From Carcharhinus amblyrhynchos (Eukaryota), in NCBI GenBank assembly GCA_965287045.1, contig OZ336879.1, forward strand, positions 46,190,001-46,254,000: a stretch of 64,000 nt of DNA. Direction: 5' to 3'. Shown here in pieces: positions 1 to 13,550 of the stretch. A program made the translations under genes and the position numbers. Numbering within the stretch: the stretch's first letter is position 1; every line of letters begins with the position of its first letter. The notes under the pieces are model-generated. The model was not told the origin of the DNA, did no database searches, and worked only from the letters and a program-made list of their open reading frames with translations.

Positions 1-945
1 AGTCTTTTCTTCGATTGGCAGGTGGTGAATAGTGAGGTCCCATAGGGATCTATGCTAAGATCACGTATATTAATGATTTGGAAGAGAGAACGAAACATAT
101 TACCTCCAAATTTGCAGATGATACAAAGTTGGGTGGGAGGGTGAGCTGTGAGGAGGATGTGGTTCGGACAGGCTGAGTGAGTGGGCATATGCATGGCAGA
201 GGCAGTATAATGTGGATAAACGTGATGTTATTCACTTTGGTCACAAAAACAGGAGTCATAGAGGTTTACAAGGTAGATTATTATTTGAATTGGTGTAAAT
301 TGAGAGCGTTGGGGACTCAGTGTGGGTTTGGTGTCCTTGTGTATCAGTCACATGAAAATTTGAGTATAGGAATATGAATGTTTTACTGCAATTGTAGAGG
401 GTATGGCCACACCTGGAGTATTATATGCAGTTTTGGTATCCTTATTTGAGGAAGAATATTCCTGCTATATATAGATGGAGTGCAGCAAAGGTTTACCACA
501 TTGATTCCTAGGATGGCAGGAGAGGCTAAATTGGTCAAGATTATATTCATTGGTGTTTAGAAGAGTAAGAGGGGATCTCATAGAAACTTATAACATTCTA
601 ATAGAATTCGACAGGACAGATTGAGAAAGAATGTTCCCAATGGTGGGAAAGTCCAGACTTAAGGGTCATAGTTTGAGGATAAGGTATAACTCGGGTGAGG
701 ACAAATATCCTCACCCAGAGGATGCATTTGTGGAAGTCACTACCAGAGAAAGGCCAAAATGTTGTACGATTTCAAGAAGAAATTAGATATAGTTCTAAAT
801 GATCGAAGGATATGGGGGAAGGAGCAAGGAGGTGCAGGCAGGATCAGGGTGTTGAATTTGATGATCAGCCATGATCATAATGAACAGGCTCAAAGGGCTG
901 AATGGTTTAGTGCTGCTTCAATTTTTTATGTATGTTTCTATGTAT
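1..945 (+). mobile_element. Old CR1-clade LINE, 3' portion (degenerate RT and 3' UTR)
   Basis: AAATTTGCAGATGATACAAAGTTGGG (KFADDTKLG) near 109-135, decayed C-terminal ORF2 motifs, CR1-type 3' end (ATCAGCCATGATCATAATGAA...TATGTTTCTATG). Confidence 0.85.
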
Positions 946-974
946 GCATCATCAGCAAGTGTACATATAGTAAC

Positions 975-2510
975 ATACATAGAAATGTAGAACATTACAG
1001 CACAGTACAGGCCCCTCGGCCCTCAATGTTGTGCCAAGCTATGCCCAATCCCAAGATCTAGCTATCCCACTGTCCTTATAATTCTGGTGTGCTCCATGTG
1101 CCTATCCAGTAACCACTTGAAAGTTCCTAAAGTGTCCGATTCCCCAATCACAGCAGGCAGTGCATTCCACACCCCCAACCACTCTGAGTGAAGAATCTAC
1201 CTCACGTCCCTCCTGTATCTCCCACCATGAACCTTATAGTTATGCCCTCTAGTAACAGCTACATCCACCCGAGGAAATAGTTTCTGCATGTCCACTCTAT
1301 CAATCCCCCTCATCATCTTATAAATCTCTATTGAGTCACCTCTCATTCTCCTCCGCTCCAAAGAGAAAAGCCCCAGCTCCCTCAACCTTTCCTCATAAGA
1401 CCTACCCTCCAAACGAGGCAGCATCCTGGTAAATCTCCTTTGCACTCTCTCTAATGCTTCCACATCCTTCTCATAGTGAGGTGACTAGAACTGAACACAA
1501 TATTCCAAATGCGGTCTCACCAACATCCAGTATAGTTGCAGCATAACCCCACGGCTCTTAAATTCAAACCCCCTGTTAATAAACGCTAACACACTATAAG
1601 CCTTCTTCACGGCTCTATCCACTTGAGTGGCAACCTTCAGAGATCTTTGGAGATGAACCCCAAGATCTCTCTGTTCCTCCACATTCCTTAGAACCCTGCC
1701 ATTGACCCTGTAATCTGCATTCAAGTTTGTCCTACCAAAATGAATCACCTCACACTTATCAGGGTTTATCTCCATCTGCCACTTTTCGGCCCAGCTCTGC
1801 ATCCTGTCAATGTCTCTTTGCAGCCTGCAAGAGCCCTCCATCTCATCCACTACTCCACCATTCTTGGTGTCATCAGCAAATTTATTAACCCATCCTTAGA
1901 CCCCGCTTCCAAGTCATTGATAAAAATCACAAATAGCACAGGACCCAGCACTGACCCCTGTGGTACATCGCTGGTAACTGGCCTCCAGTCTGAAAATTTT
2001 CCTTCCACCACAACCCTCTGTCTTCTATGAGACAGCCAGTTACTTATCCAATCAGACAAATTTCCTTCTATCCCACACATCCTTATCTTCTTCGTGAGCC
2101 TACCATGGGGAACCTTATCAAACGCCTTACTAAAATCCGTGTATACAACGTCAACTGCTCTACCTTTGTCCACACACTTAGTTACCTTCTCAAAGAATTC
2201 AGTCAAATTTGTGAGAAAGGACTTACCCCTCATGAAACTGTGCTGACTATCCCGGATTAAACGGCATCTTTCCAAATGGTCATAAATCCTACCTCTCAGG
2301 ACCTTTTCCATTAACTTACTGACCACTGAAGTAAGACTAACTGGCCTATAATTACCAGGGTCATTCCTGTTTCCTTTCTTGAAAAGAGGAACAACATTCA
2401 CCACTCTCCAGTCCTCTGGCACTATCTCCGTGGACAGTGAGGACCCAAAGATCAAAGCTAAAGGCTCCGCAATCAAATCCCTTGCCTCCCAAAGTATCTT
2501 AGGAATATCC
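975..2510 (-). mobile_element. CR1-clade LINE, 5'-truncated, frameshifted ORF2 reverse transcriptase
   Basis: ORFs 1850-2581, 1485-1850 and 1197-1463 carry [29 protein letters not shown] and HLEYCVQF; its 3' tail differs from that of the young family. Confidence 0.95.
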
Positions 2511-2579
2511 GGAGATCTAACCCGGAGGCTCACCACCCTGTCTTCACCCTGTGATGGATATTGTGGTTGGTCTTCTTGC

Positions 2580-5340
2580 ATTACGTTGATCTATGTAGTA
2601 AAAAAAGCAGTGGTCCTAATATGGTCCTTGGGGTGGAGTGGGGGAGAGGAGAGGAAGAGAGAATGTCACTGTCTACTATCCTCCAGCCTGAAGAACAATC
2701 ATTCAACACAACTCATTGTTTTTTGTTTTTAAGCCAATTTTTTTTACCCAATTGGAACTATTGGATTCCTATTCTGAGGCTCAGTTTCGTTAACCAGCCT
2801 TTTTATATATTTCTCAAATCCCTTCTTAAAATTCATGTAGAGAACATTCCCACCATGTTGTTCTCTGGTACTTCAAAGTAGTCAGGCTAGTCAAGCATGG
2901 TCTGTCTTTTGAATCATTCTAGCTAGCTTTAATTAACTACAACGTCTCCAGTGCCTGCTGCTTTTTATCCCTGATTATTGTTTCTGGCCTGTAGTTGTTA
3001 GTTCTGTTGTTGCTGCCTGTTTTTGAATAAGACTTGTCACTCTTCAGTCCTCTGGCACCTCCCCCCTACCTAGAGAAGATTGGAAGCTTATGGCAAGTTC
3101 TTTCACTATCTGCAACTTCCTACCTCTGAATTACCACCCTATCCATTGTTTCTGCTATCTCTGCTTTTAATGATGTTTGTCATGATCCTCTTCCTTGGTA
3201 AACTGTGATAAAGAACTTGAGCCTTGTCCTGTGCCTCTCGTCTCTTTCTCCCTAATAGGATTCTCTTCATCTCTTACTACCTGTTTACTATTTACGTATC
3301 ATTTTTGGGTTCCATTTTTATGTTAACTTCCATTCTATTCTCATATTCTCTCCTTGCTAGTCTTATTTCCCTTTTCATCTCTTCTGTTAATCTGTTGTAT
3401 TTGGCCAGATTCTCACCTGAAAAATTCACATGACACGCAGAATATACTTTTTTTTGTTTCATAAAAGTCTCCATCTCACTTGTCAACCAGGGAACCCTGT
3501 GTTTGGTTCCCCTACCTTATACCTTTGTTAACTTGTATCTGAAGTACCACTTCCTTAAAGATCATCCATTGTTCCATTACAATTTTTCCTGTTGGTTCTT
3601 GGTTCCATTTGCCCTGATTAGATCCCTTTTCATTACTTTGAAATTAATCTTCTTCCAATCTAGAGACTACTTAATGTCATTTCTTCCTTTCCTCCATTAC
3701 TAATTTAGAACGTTGTGTTGTTCCCCATGGGCAATTGGTCCACTTGGCTCATCTGTTTTTCCAGCACACGATCCTGCAGTGCCCCCTTTCAAATTGGGCC
3801 GAAAACATACAGTAAACTGCCCCCTCTCTGAAATTTGTTTATAAGAACATAAGAACATAAGAAATAGGAGCAGGAGTAGGCCATCCAGCCCCTCGAGCCT
3901 GCCCCGCCATTCAACAAGATCATGGCCGATCTGTCGTGGCTCAGTTCCACTTTCCCGCCCTCTCCCCATAACCCTCAATCCCTTCTCTTATCAAAAACCC
4001 ATCAACCCGCTTCTTAAAAATATTTAGCGAGGCAGCCTCCACCACTTCAACGGGCAGAGAATTCCAGAGATTCACCACCCTTTGAGTGAAGAAGTTCCTC
4101 CTCAACTCCGTTCTAAACCGCCTCCCCTTTATCTTGAGGCTGTGCCCCCTAGTCCTACTGTCTTTTTTGAGCGGGAAGAGTCTCTCCACCTCTATCCTAT
4201 CCATCCCATTCATCATCTTATACGTCTCAATGAGATCTCCCCTCATTCTTCTAAACTCTAACGAGTACAAGCCTAGTTTATTCAGCCTCTCCTCATAGCT
4301 CAACCCCCTCAACTCCGGTATCAGCCTAGTAAACCTCCTCTGCACTCCCTCCAGGGCCAAAATATCCTTGCGCAGGTGCGGCGCCCAAAACTGCACACAG
4401 TACTCCAGCTGCGGCCTCACCAATGCCCTATACAGCTGCAGCAAGACCTCCCTACTTTTATATTCAATCCCCCTCGCTATGAAGGCCAGCATCCCATTCG
4501 CCTTCCTGACCACCTGCTGCACCTGCAAGCTGGGTTTTTGCGACTCATGCACAAGGACCCCGAGGTCCCTCTGCACCGTCGCCTGCTGCAGTTTTTCGCC
4601 ACGTAAGTAATAGTCCTTCCTACCATTCTTCCTACCAAGCAAGCAAATGTAGTTGTACATGTAAATTGTGGTTCATATCCCCCAAAGTTGACTCATCTGC
4701 GATTTTAAATGCAATTGTCATATCACTCTCATGGAGAAAGTGAAATTTGCCATTTTCAATTCATTGCAAGAATTTGTGGGAATGGAAGCCTTGCAAACAC
4801 CAGGGCTTTACTATTATAAATCAAGGAAGTTCTCCTGAACACACTTCAGAAATTCCTCTCCTTTCTCACCCTTTACTTTAGCATTATACCAATCAATATT
4901 TGGGTAATTAAACCATTCCCCCCCCCACATATTACCACTTCATAGTTTTTGCACATCTGTGATTTACCTGCAGATTTGTTCTTCTATCTCAGTATTTGGA
5001 GGCTTATAGAGTACCCTCAATAACGATTAGTCTTTTTGCTCCTAGACTTTAATTAAATGGATTATGTCCTTGCTCCCTGATGAGAATCTCTTCTTTCCAA
5101 AACTGCAATTTTTTTCTAATCCATACGGCTTTCCCCCCTCCTTTTTGCCTCCTTTTATATGTTTTGAATACTTTATATTCTTGTATATTAAGTGCCCAGT
5201 TTGTACCATTTCTAAGCCATATTTCTGTTGTTGCCACTAATCATATTCCCATATGGTTATTTGTGGTTGTAGCTCACCAAGCTTATTCACCACACTTTAT
5301 ACCTTTACATAAATGCAGTGTAATCCTGTCTTTATATTCC
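2580..5340 (-). mobile_element. Old degenerate CR1 LINE (APE endonuclease to RT remnants), interrupted by a young CR1
   Basis: ORF 5049-5237 (ATTEIWL..WALNIQEYKVFK..KGGG) matches the CR1 endonuclease N-terminus; ORF 3292-3486 (KREIRLARREYE) matches the linker; decayed RT sequence at 2580-3110. Confidence 0.7.
3841..4638 (-). mobile_element. Young CR1 LINE, 3' fragment
   Basis: Open ORF2 C-terminus (3941-4660), intact 3' UTR and (TTCTTATG)n tail; near-identical to the copies at 30361 and 60311. Confidence 0.97.
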
Positions 5341-7765
5341 CTGTAGTGAATACCGAAATGCGATTATTTGTTCGTGAAATTGATGCATGTGGCACTCTTC
5401 CTCTCTCGTACTATAAAGTCTGTAATTGAATCTCTTAATACTGTTTAACTGGTTTGAAAGCAAAACTGCTGAAATTAGGCACTTTCACGTAGCTTCAGTT
5501 GTGGGAGTCAATTGTATATTCACCAATTCTCCATGCTTGTGGGAATAAATATCCTTACTGTGACAGCATAATTGTAGTCCCATATTTGTCTGCCATTGCA
5601 TAGTTGTGATATAGCAGCTGTTCCATGGATGTTGGACTCCATAAACTAATTTGAACCTAAACTGCCAAGCAACTTAAATGACTTAGTCATTAACTATCCA
5701 TAAATGTTCATAAAGGAATGAAAGTGATGAATAAATGTATTCTCTGTTAGAAAATGCTTGGATATACCTTGCATGCCTATGTATATGCTGAATTCCAACA
5801 CAAAATTGTAACTCCAATAGTGAAATTATTTTGGACTCATTTACTTGAGATAAAGCTACCTTTCATATATACAAGTAGGATTGCAGTATTGCTGAAAGCA
5901 GATTGGAACACAAATTTCTGTGTGAAGTAGTTGATCAATTTCAGCATATTTTGGGGATCACGTCCATTCCTGCTCCTTGAAGATAGTGGTATAGAAAAAT
6001 GGAAAATTACCTTGAAAGGATCACTGACAGCTTGCTTTGAAGTAATTTCTCCTAAAGCTTTTCAGCAAAACTCTTAACTTGCTGTGTGCTAGTAGCTCAA
6101 GTGTCTCTGAATCTGTAAAGTTGAGTCTAAAGCAAACATTTGCTCATCTGAGGCAGGTAATTGGGTATAATAATGCACTCGAATAACAGTTATGCTTTTG
6201 GGGAAATTGCAAAAGGTTATTGTCTAACTTTACTTAACTGAGATAAAAGGAAGGAGCAAGAGGATCTTTATTTTTGGAATGTAAGAGATGGATAAAAATA
6301 GATTTTTTTTTTCTCACCTGCATAAATTATCTAGATTCAGAAATTGAGTAATTCTACAACCAGAACTGCTCATAATATTCAATGTGCACCTTGACCTGAG
6401 CATTAGAAAATTTGGTTGCAACATGATATGGTTTACGTTACGGCTTCAGAATTCTTTCATTGCTGCAACGCTCTCAACCAAAGATTGCCGGTCTTGTTAG
6501 ACTTCATCATCAATAATAGTGATTTGTCTCAGAGATATGACACTAAAGGTATTTTGTTTGGTATAAATGTTGCAAAAGTTGTCTTGTGAACTTTCTAAAT
6601 TAGCACTCCTCTTCTACACGAGGAATGTTATCCTTTAGATCTAATAACAGCAATTTTAACATATGTCTAAAGTACAACTGGGACAAGTATATCATTATGC
6701 CAGCTAACTTTAGGTTGAATTAAAGCTTATAGTTGCAACATCCACTCAGTTTGTAAGGTATTGGCCACACAGCTTGCTTTCTTTTACAATATTACACATG
6801 ACCCTACAGGAATCTGTTCCTGAAGTTAGTTCAGTAAATTCAAACTAACATACTAAGTAATTTAGATTTCTGTTCATAAATGTTTTGAGTATTAAATATA
6901 TACTTGTCTACCATTTAATAAATCAATGAAATAATCTGAATAGAACTTCCCACCTTTACAATGCAAAGTTATGTTATCATTTTTATAATAAACTATTTTA
7001 TGCTTATGTATAGCATATCTTCATACAAATCCTATAGTAACACCATTCAGGATAACCTGTAAAACAGGGTTTGTCTCTATCTCCTAAATTCAAAGAACCA
7101 TTTCCTGTTTATCAATTATTTTGGTTCATGTCATGAGTACTCCCTCATTAATGCATGGAGGATATGAAAAATGAATAACATCTGGAAAAGATTTAAATAA
7201 AGATCTTGCTTAGCATGATCAGGGTCCATTAACTTTTTATTAGATTACAGAACGCTTGATCTCCGACCTTGGCTTCTCAAAATACTTAATGCATTTCTTA
7301 GTATGCCTACAGTGTTGTAGTGTGAATTTTCCATTCTCGGGTAGCCATAGAGAGAAGTAACATAATGGTAAATTGGTAAAATTACCGTGACAATTGCAAG
7401 GCTGCTGCTCCAACAAATGTCCTTAATTGTGTAGCGCCAATGCAGAAATGACATAATGTACTCAACGTTGAGCCAAATTTTACAGTCAGCAGTGAAGCAA
7501 GGGCATTTGTCATAGACTTTGAAGAAAACTGCATATAAAAAAATCCAGTGATCTCTGTGACTTGGTTTTCAGCTTTCCTGGTACCAAGTTGAAGGAATGT
7601 CTTGGTGTGTAGTGGCAGGGATGTCAGCAAACAGGTTTAATAGCATCAAAGTATTCCCACTCAGCAAACCGGGAAATAAAAAGAACTTGACACTCCTTTT
7701 TAACATAAATTTTCAAATAGGAATATAAATGATTGAATTAGAAGATCTTTGCATTGCATGCAGAT

Positions 7766-8364
7766 GAACATAAGAACATAAGAAATAGGAGCAGGAGCAG
7801 GAGTAGACCATCCAGCCCTTCGAGCCTGCCCCGCCATTCAGTAAGATCATGGCTGATCTGTCGCTGCTCAGTTCCACTTTCCCGCTTTCTCCCCATAACC
7901 CTTAATCCCCTCTCTTATCAAAAACCCATCAACCCGCGTCTTAAAAATATTTAGTGAGGCAGCCTCCACCACTTCAACGGGCAGAGAATTCCAGACATTC
8001 ACCACCCTTTGAGTGAAGAAGTTCCTCCTCAACTCCGTTCTAAACCGCCCCCCTTTTATCTTGAGGCTGTGCCCCCTAGTCCTACTGTCTTTTTTGAGCG
8101 GGAAGAGTCTCTCCACCTCTATCCTATCCATCCCATTCATCATCTTATAAGTCTCAATGAGATCTCCCCTCATTCTTCTAAACTCTAACGAGTACAAGCC
8201 CAGTTTATTCAGCCTCTCCTCATAGCTCAACCCCCTCAACTCCGGTATCAGCCTAGTAAACCTCCTCTGCACTCCCTCCAAGGCCAAAATATCTTTGCGC
8301 AGGTGTGGTGCCCAAAACTGCACACAGTACTCCAGCTGCGGCCTCACCAATGCCCTATACAGCT
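7766..8364 (-). mobile_element. Young CR1 LINE, 3' fragment
   Basis: ORF 7868-8350 encodes the same C-terminus (QLEYCVQFWAPHLRKD...GKWN), followed by the same 3' tail. Confidence 0.97.
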
Positions 8365-8645
8365 GGAGGCCATTCAGCCCATCAAATCTGCAGTGACCAC
8401 ATTCTCAGGTCCTATCTCCATAACTCTACGTATTTACCATACTAATTCCCCAGATACTCGGGTCAATTTAGCATGGCCAATCAACTTAAACCTCACATCT
8501 TTGGACTGTGGGAGGAAACTGAAGCACCTGGAGGAAACCCACGCCGATAGGGGGAGAATGTGCATACTTCGCACAGACGATGATCCAGAGTTGAACCCGG
8601 GTCCCTGCCGCTGTGAAGCAGCAGTGATAACCACTGTGCCAGCCC
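8365..8645 (-). mobile_element. HE1-like tRNA-derived V-SINE
   Basis: Minus strand reads GGCACAGTGGTTATCACTGCTGC (A box), GGGTTCAACTC (B box), then the V-domain-like GGGTTTCCTCC..TTTCCTCCCACAGTCCAAAGATGTG. Confidence 0.85.
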
Positions 8646-9697
8646 GTGATTAGATAAAAGTTGAACTAAACTTTTTCTAACATGGGATATTTATATTTTA
8701 AAAAGTGACACTCCACAAATAGAAAATTATCTTTAAGGCTAGTGAGTTCATTTTAGTCATAATTGTGAAGTTAGCACACCTATAAAAACTTAGGCATAAA
8801 ATGTAGATTTTTTCAAGGTTATTTCCAGCCAAACTAATGATGCAATAGAGATTGTCCTTGTGAATTCGATGTGGGGCAGGGTAACAGCGCATCCAATATA
8901 ATCGATTCTGGATTTTCATGTTATCCTAATTTCAATGTCAGTGAAGTAAATGACCAAGAATGTCGATGGTCTTACCGTTGGTGCCTCAAAATCCAGGCCT
9001 TTATGCTGTCAGCTTAAGGTTATGATGAAGGATTTGTGAATAATTTGTTACTTTCAAATCCCAAAACTATTTGTCCATAAGTCCCTGGCATTCATCAGTA
9101 TTATGTGCCAAGAATCTGCATGTGTTTTATGCAAACTGTGCCTGAGTAGTTACTTAGACATTGGAAATTGGATGCTGTGTTGCCACTGAAGGAAAGGAAG
9201 ATATCAGTGTAAATTTTATTCACAGGAATGTTAATGTACTTGATTGATGTTGTGATAATCAGTAAAGCGCTAGAAGTTCTTTACAGAATTTCCCTTCGCT
9301 CTCCTGGCTTTGCTATGCAGCATATGTTTACTACAGCAATAATCTAGTACTTTGCTGAACCTTTTGCTTCAGGACTTATTTTTATATATGGCACGTTGTT
9401 TTGCAGCATCCTACACAATGGTTTACTTGTCTTTTGACAGACTGTCCTAGGAACAGAAGTAGGCCATTTAGCCTATTGAGCTACTTTTCGATTCAATCAT
9501 AGACCATTTTCAGGATGACAGTAGACCTATTGGAGTGCCACTGCCATTATAGCCTCAACTTACAATTTCTATCATTAATTTGGATGAGGCAAGATAATAT
9601 CCTAGTTTTCTGACCTTACAGAGCCAGGTTGTCAAGTAAGTGGCGAGGAGAATGACAAAGGTTACAAAAGGTAATAGCCAGGAAATTGTTGAGGGTT

Positions 9698-9990
9698 GGT
9701 GGTGGCACTATGATACTGTCTCTAGACTAGTAATCCAGAGACTGAGGGACTGTGGAGATCTGGGCTTGAATCCCAAGGCGGGTGGTGAAATTAGAATTCA
9801 ATAAAACCTGAAATTATAAATCCAGTGGTGACTATGAAACCATTGTTGATTGCCATAAAAACCCATTTGGTCCAGTAAAATCCTTTAGGTAAGGAAACCT
9901 AATGTCCTTACCTGGTCTGGCCTACATGGGACTCCAGACCCCCAGGAATTTCATTGACTTTTGAATGCCCTCTGAAATAGGCTAGCAAAC
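9698..9990 (+). mobile_element. tRNA-head SINE-like repeat
   Basis: A/B-box-like head and body CCTTACCTGGTCTGGCCTACATG.GACTCCAGA; homologous copies at 38570-38900 (+) and 23900-24050 (-). Confidence 0.7.
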
Positions 9991-10079
9991 TACTCAGTAG
10001 TATCCAACTACTTTGAAGTCTACAAAAAAGAATGAATCCAGGCAGACCACCCAGCATCGTCCTAAGCACCGAATATGAC

Positions 10080-11850
10080 AAATGGCAAACCCAGCCCTTT
10101 TGACCTCACAGATTTCTCTAACATCTGGTGGTTTATGCCAAAATTGGGAGCAACAACCTCACATAGTCATACTAACAGAATGCTTGGACAATGTCACAGG
10201 CACCATTACCACCATCCCTGGGTATCCCAAAGGCTGGACAAGCCTATCAGAGTTGCTGGCTTAGTAGCGTACAGTCGTGATGGAGTTGCCTTAGGAATTC
10301 TCAATATCAACTCCAGATTCCATGACATCCAATAGCATCAGGTCACATATGGACATGGAAACCTCTTGATCATACTGCCCACTCAGCTGTTGAACACTGC
10401 TTGGAGGAAGCACTGAGGGTGGCAAGGGTGTGGAATGTACCTGATGCCCACCACCTATCAATAGTGGGTCAGTAGCTCCATTACTAACAGTCTTGGTCGG
10501 GTCCTAAAGAGAGCTAAGCAATCCCAAACCAGTGGATCAGATCTAAGCTTTGCAATCCTGTAACATCCAGCCATGGATAATGATGGACAATTAAACAACT
10601 CAATGGAAAAGGAGGCTTCATAAATATCAACATGCTTAATGATGGGGGAGCCCAATGCATCGGTGCAAAAGGTGAGGCTGAAGCTTTTGCTACATCTTTA
10701 GCCAGATGTGCTGATTGGCGTTGTCCAAAGGTCTCCAGTATCACAGATGCCAATCTTCAACCAATTCGATTTATTCCATGCAATGTTAAGGAGGTTATGC
10801 CGGATCTGTGTAATATACTGGAGTAATGTGTGCAGTTCTGGAATCCACGTTGTAGGAGGAACGTGAAAGTATTGGAAAAGGTGCATGGAAATTTACCAGA
10901 ATGTTGCTGGGGCTGCAGAAATGTAGCTGTGAAGAGAAACTTGATAGACTGGGTTGTTTGCCTTGGAGTAGAGGAGACTGAGTGGGGCCACGATTGAGAT
11001 GTATAAAATTATGAGGGGCATAGATACAGCAGACAGAAAGAAACTTTACCCCTGGATGGAGGGATAAGTGCCCAGTGGCATAGATTTCAGGTAAGGGGCA
11101 GGAGGTTTAGAGGGGATGTGACGAAAATCCTTTTCACTGAGGGTGACGAGAGTCTGGAACTCACAGCCTGAAAGCATGGTGGAGGCAGAGACCCTCATAA
11201 CATTTAAGTATTTAGATGTGTACTTATGATGTCAAGACATAGGCCAAATGCTGGAAAATATGATTAGAATAGTTAAGTATTTGTTTCTGACCAGTGCAGA
11301 CATGATTGGCTGAAGGGCCTTGAACCTTTGATTGACAGAAGGCTAGGAAGCTTGCAGTGTGTAAATCGCCTCACTCTCCACAAAGACTCCATAATCTATG
11401 AGCCAAAGGTCAGGAGGGTGATGTGTGGATGAGTGCAGCTTCAACAACACTTGAGAAGCTCAACACCTTCCAAGACAAAGCACTCTATTGATTGACCTCT
11501 CCCACATTCACTCCCTTTGTCACCAATGCACAGTAGCGTCTACAGATGCACTGCAGGACTTCATTGAGGCACCTTAGACAGCACCACCTAAACCAATGGC
11601 CACTACCACCTAAAGGATACATGAAACAGACATCACCACCTGAAAGTTCTCCTTTAAACCATGCAGAGTCCTGATTTGGAAATATATCAGTATTCCTTCA
11701 CTATCATTGGGTCAAGATCCTGGAATTCACTTCCTGTGAGTGTACGTACACCACAAGCATTGCAGTCGTTCAGCACCACCTTCTCAAGGGCAGATAGGGA
11801 TGGACTGTAAATCCTGTTCTAGTGAGCGAAGCCCATATCCTGTAAATTAA
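10080..11850 (+). mobile_element. Degenerate second LINE family (L2/CR1 group) with a CR1 3' fragment nested at about 10800-11335
   Basis: ORF 10082 (IVILTECLDN..ITTIPGY) resembles an APE endonuclease; the 3' part is homologous to 26390-27100 and 48040-48420; the nested block carries CR1 C-terminal motifs. Confidence 0.65.
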
Positions 11851-11859
11851 TTTTTAAAA

Positions 11860-13550
11860 AGTGATTGGGCAAGTAGGTGGCAGATGGTTTATAATATGGG
11901 GAAATGTGAAGTTATCCACTTGGTAGGAAGAACGGAAAGACAGATTTTTCTAAAAAGGTGAGGAACTAGTAAATGTTGGTATTTGGAGAGATTTGGTTAC
12001 CTTTGTGTAGGTATGACAGGGAATTAACATGTAAATGCATCAAGTAACTTGGAAAGGAAAGCCTTTATTGCAAAGGGTTTGATGTACAAGGAAATAAATA
12101 TTGCTGCGGTTATATGGGGGTTTGGCAGGACAAACCTGGGTACTGTGTCCAATGTTGAAGGCCTTACCTTGGGATATATATACTTACCTTGGAAGGGGTT
12201 GCACCGAATGGGCCTATATTCTCTCTAAAGTTTAGAAGCTGGAGGTGGTCTAATTGAAACTCATCAAATTCTGCTGGTCTAGCAGGATTGAAGTTGAGAC
12301 GCTTTACCTAGATGGAGAGTTCAGAAGTAGGAATAGTGATTGCAGGATTAGGGATTGGCCATTATGGTGATTGTCCCTTTAAGGGCAACACAACACTGTA
12401 ACAAAATAGTAGGATGCTATTAAAATTAATGGGTTTTTGCACCAGTAAATTCAAATTGCTATGTATTTGTAAACCATGTCTGGGCAGCAACTAAGAGAAA
12501 GGAAGGAAAGGGAAAAATAGGGAACATGGTGCTCTTTGTAATTTATACAATTAGTAGTCGGAATGCTGAGAGCCAGGAAGCAGTTTAGACACAGATGAGG
12601 TATTGAAGAAGCAACAGCAAGAGAGAAGCAGCCATCTGCAGGAGCCTGTTCAGTCAGAGATGCGGGGCTAAGATAGCGGAAGAACAGGAGAAAGGGGCAG
12701 CCAGCCCCAGGAAACAGCTCAACTGGAGATGAAGGGCTGAAGGCAAAAGCCAGTTGCTGCAAAAGTTTTTCTTTGCTGAATTGAAGACCGTTCACAAGCC
12801 CTGGTCACTTAAACTGTACATTGTGGTAATCACTGGCTAGATTTGACCTTTTACTTATAGATTTACTTTATGGATTAGGTTATGGTGGTTGTTTGGGAAA
12901 CGGGGTCTTAGCAGAGTTTAGAATTATGTGGAAAACAGATACTTTTGGGTTCTCAGTTTTTGAGGGATGAAGTGCTTACTGTTAATTTGCTGAAGTGTAA
13001 GATTGTTCTTTATACTACTTCATTATCTTCTATTTTCATAAATATTTTTATTTTGTATTTAACAAGAAGAGGTCTGAGTTTTCATTTTCCAAAAAAATCC
13101 AAAATAAACCACAACGGGAAACCAATGTTTCAAGTTGGGACACATTCTCCCATCACTTCAGCAGGGTTTTGTAACAAGACTAAGGGTCTGGGTGACCAAT
13201 GGGAACTGAGAGTAGGGAATCACCTTAGGGGGTGGAGTCCTTTGGCAGAGAATTTTGGGTGTTACCTACAGCCATGCAGCTGCTGTACAATTATTAATAC
13301 ATGGTTTTGTATTCACTAATGCAGTCTGTGAAAATGCATCTTTACTGCCATTATTTAAGACTGAGCTGAGAAATTTCTTCACTTAAGATTGTAAATCTTT
13401 GGAATTTTCTATCTTGGAGTCTGTGAATATTCACTTGTTGAGTATATTTCAGACTGAAATCAGCAGTTTTTGGGTAGTGATGGAATTAAGAAACAGGGGC
13501 AGATGAACAACGTAGAGTTGATGAATGGCCTGTCCTATTTCTTGTATATT
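11860..13550 (+). mobile_element. Old CR1 3' region split by a 1-kb insertion at 12365-13350
   Basis: GKCEVIH-type motif near 11900; the CR1 sequence stops at GGATTGGCCATT (12363) and resumes at ATTTAAGACTGAG (13353). Confidence 0.65.
12397..13176. mobile_element. Putative solo LTR
   Basis: Starts TGTAACAAAA and ends TTTGTAACA, with AATAAA near 13102 and flanks ACAC/AGAC (imperfect 4-bp TSD); non-coding. Confidence 0.45.
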
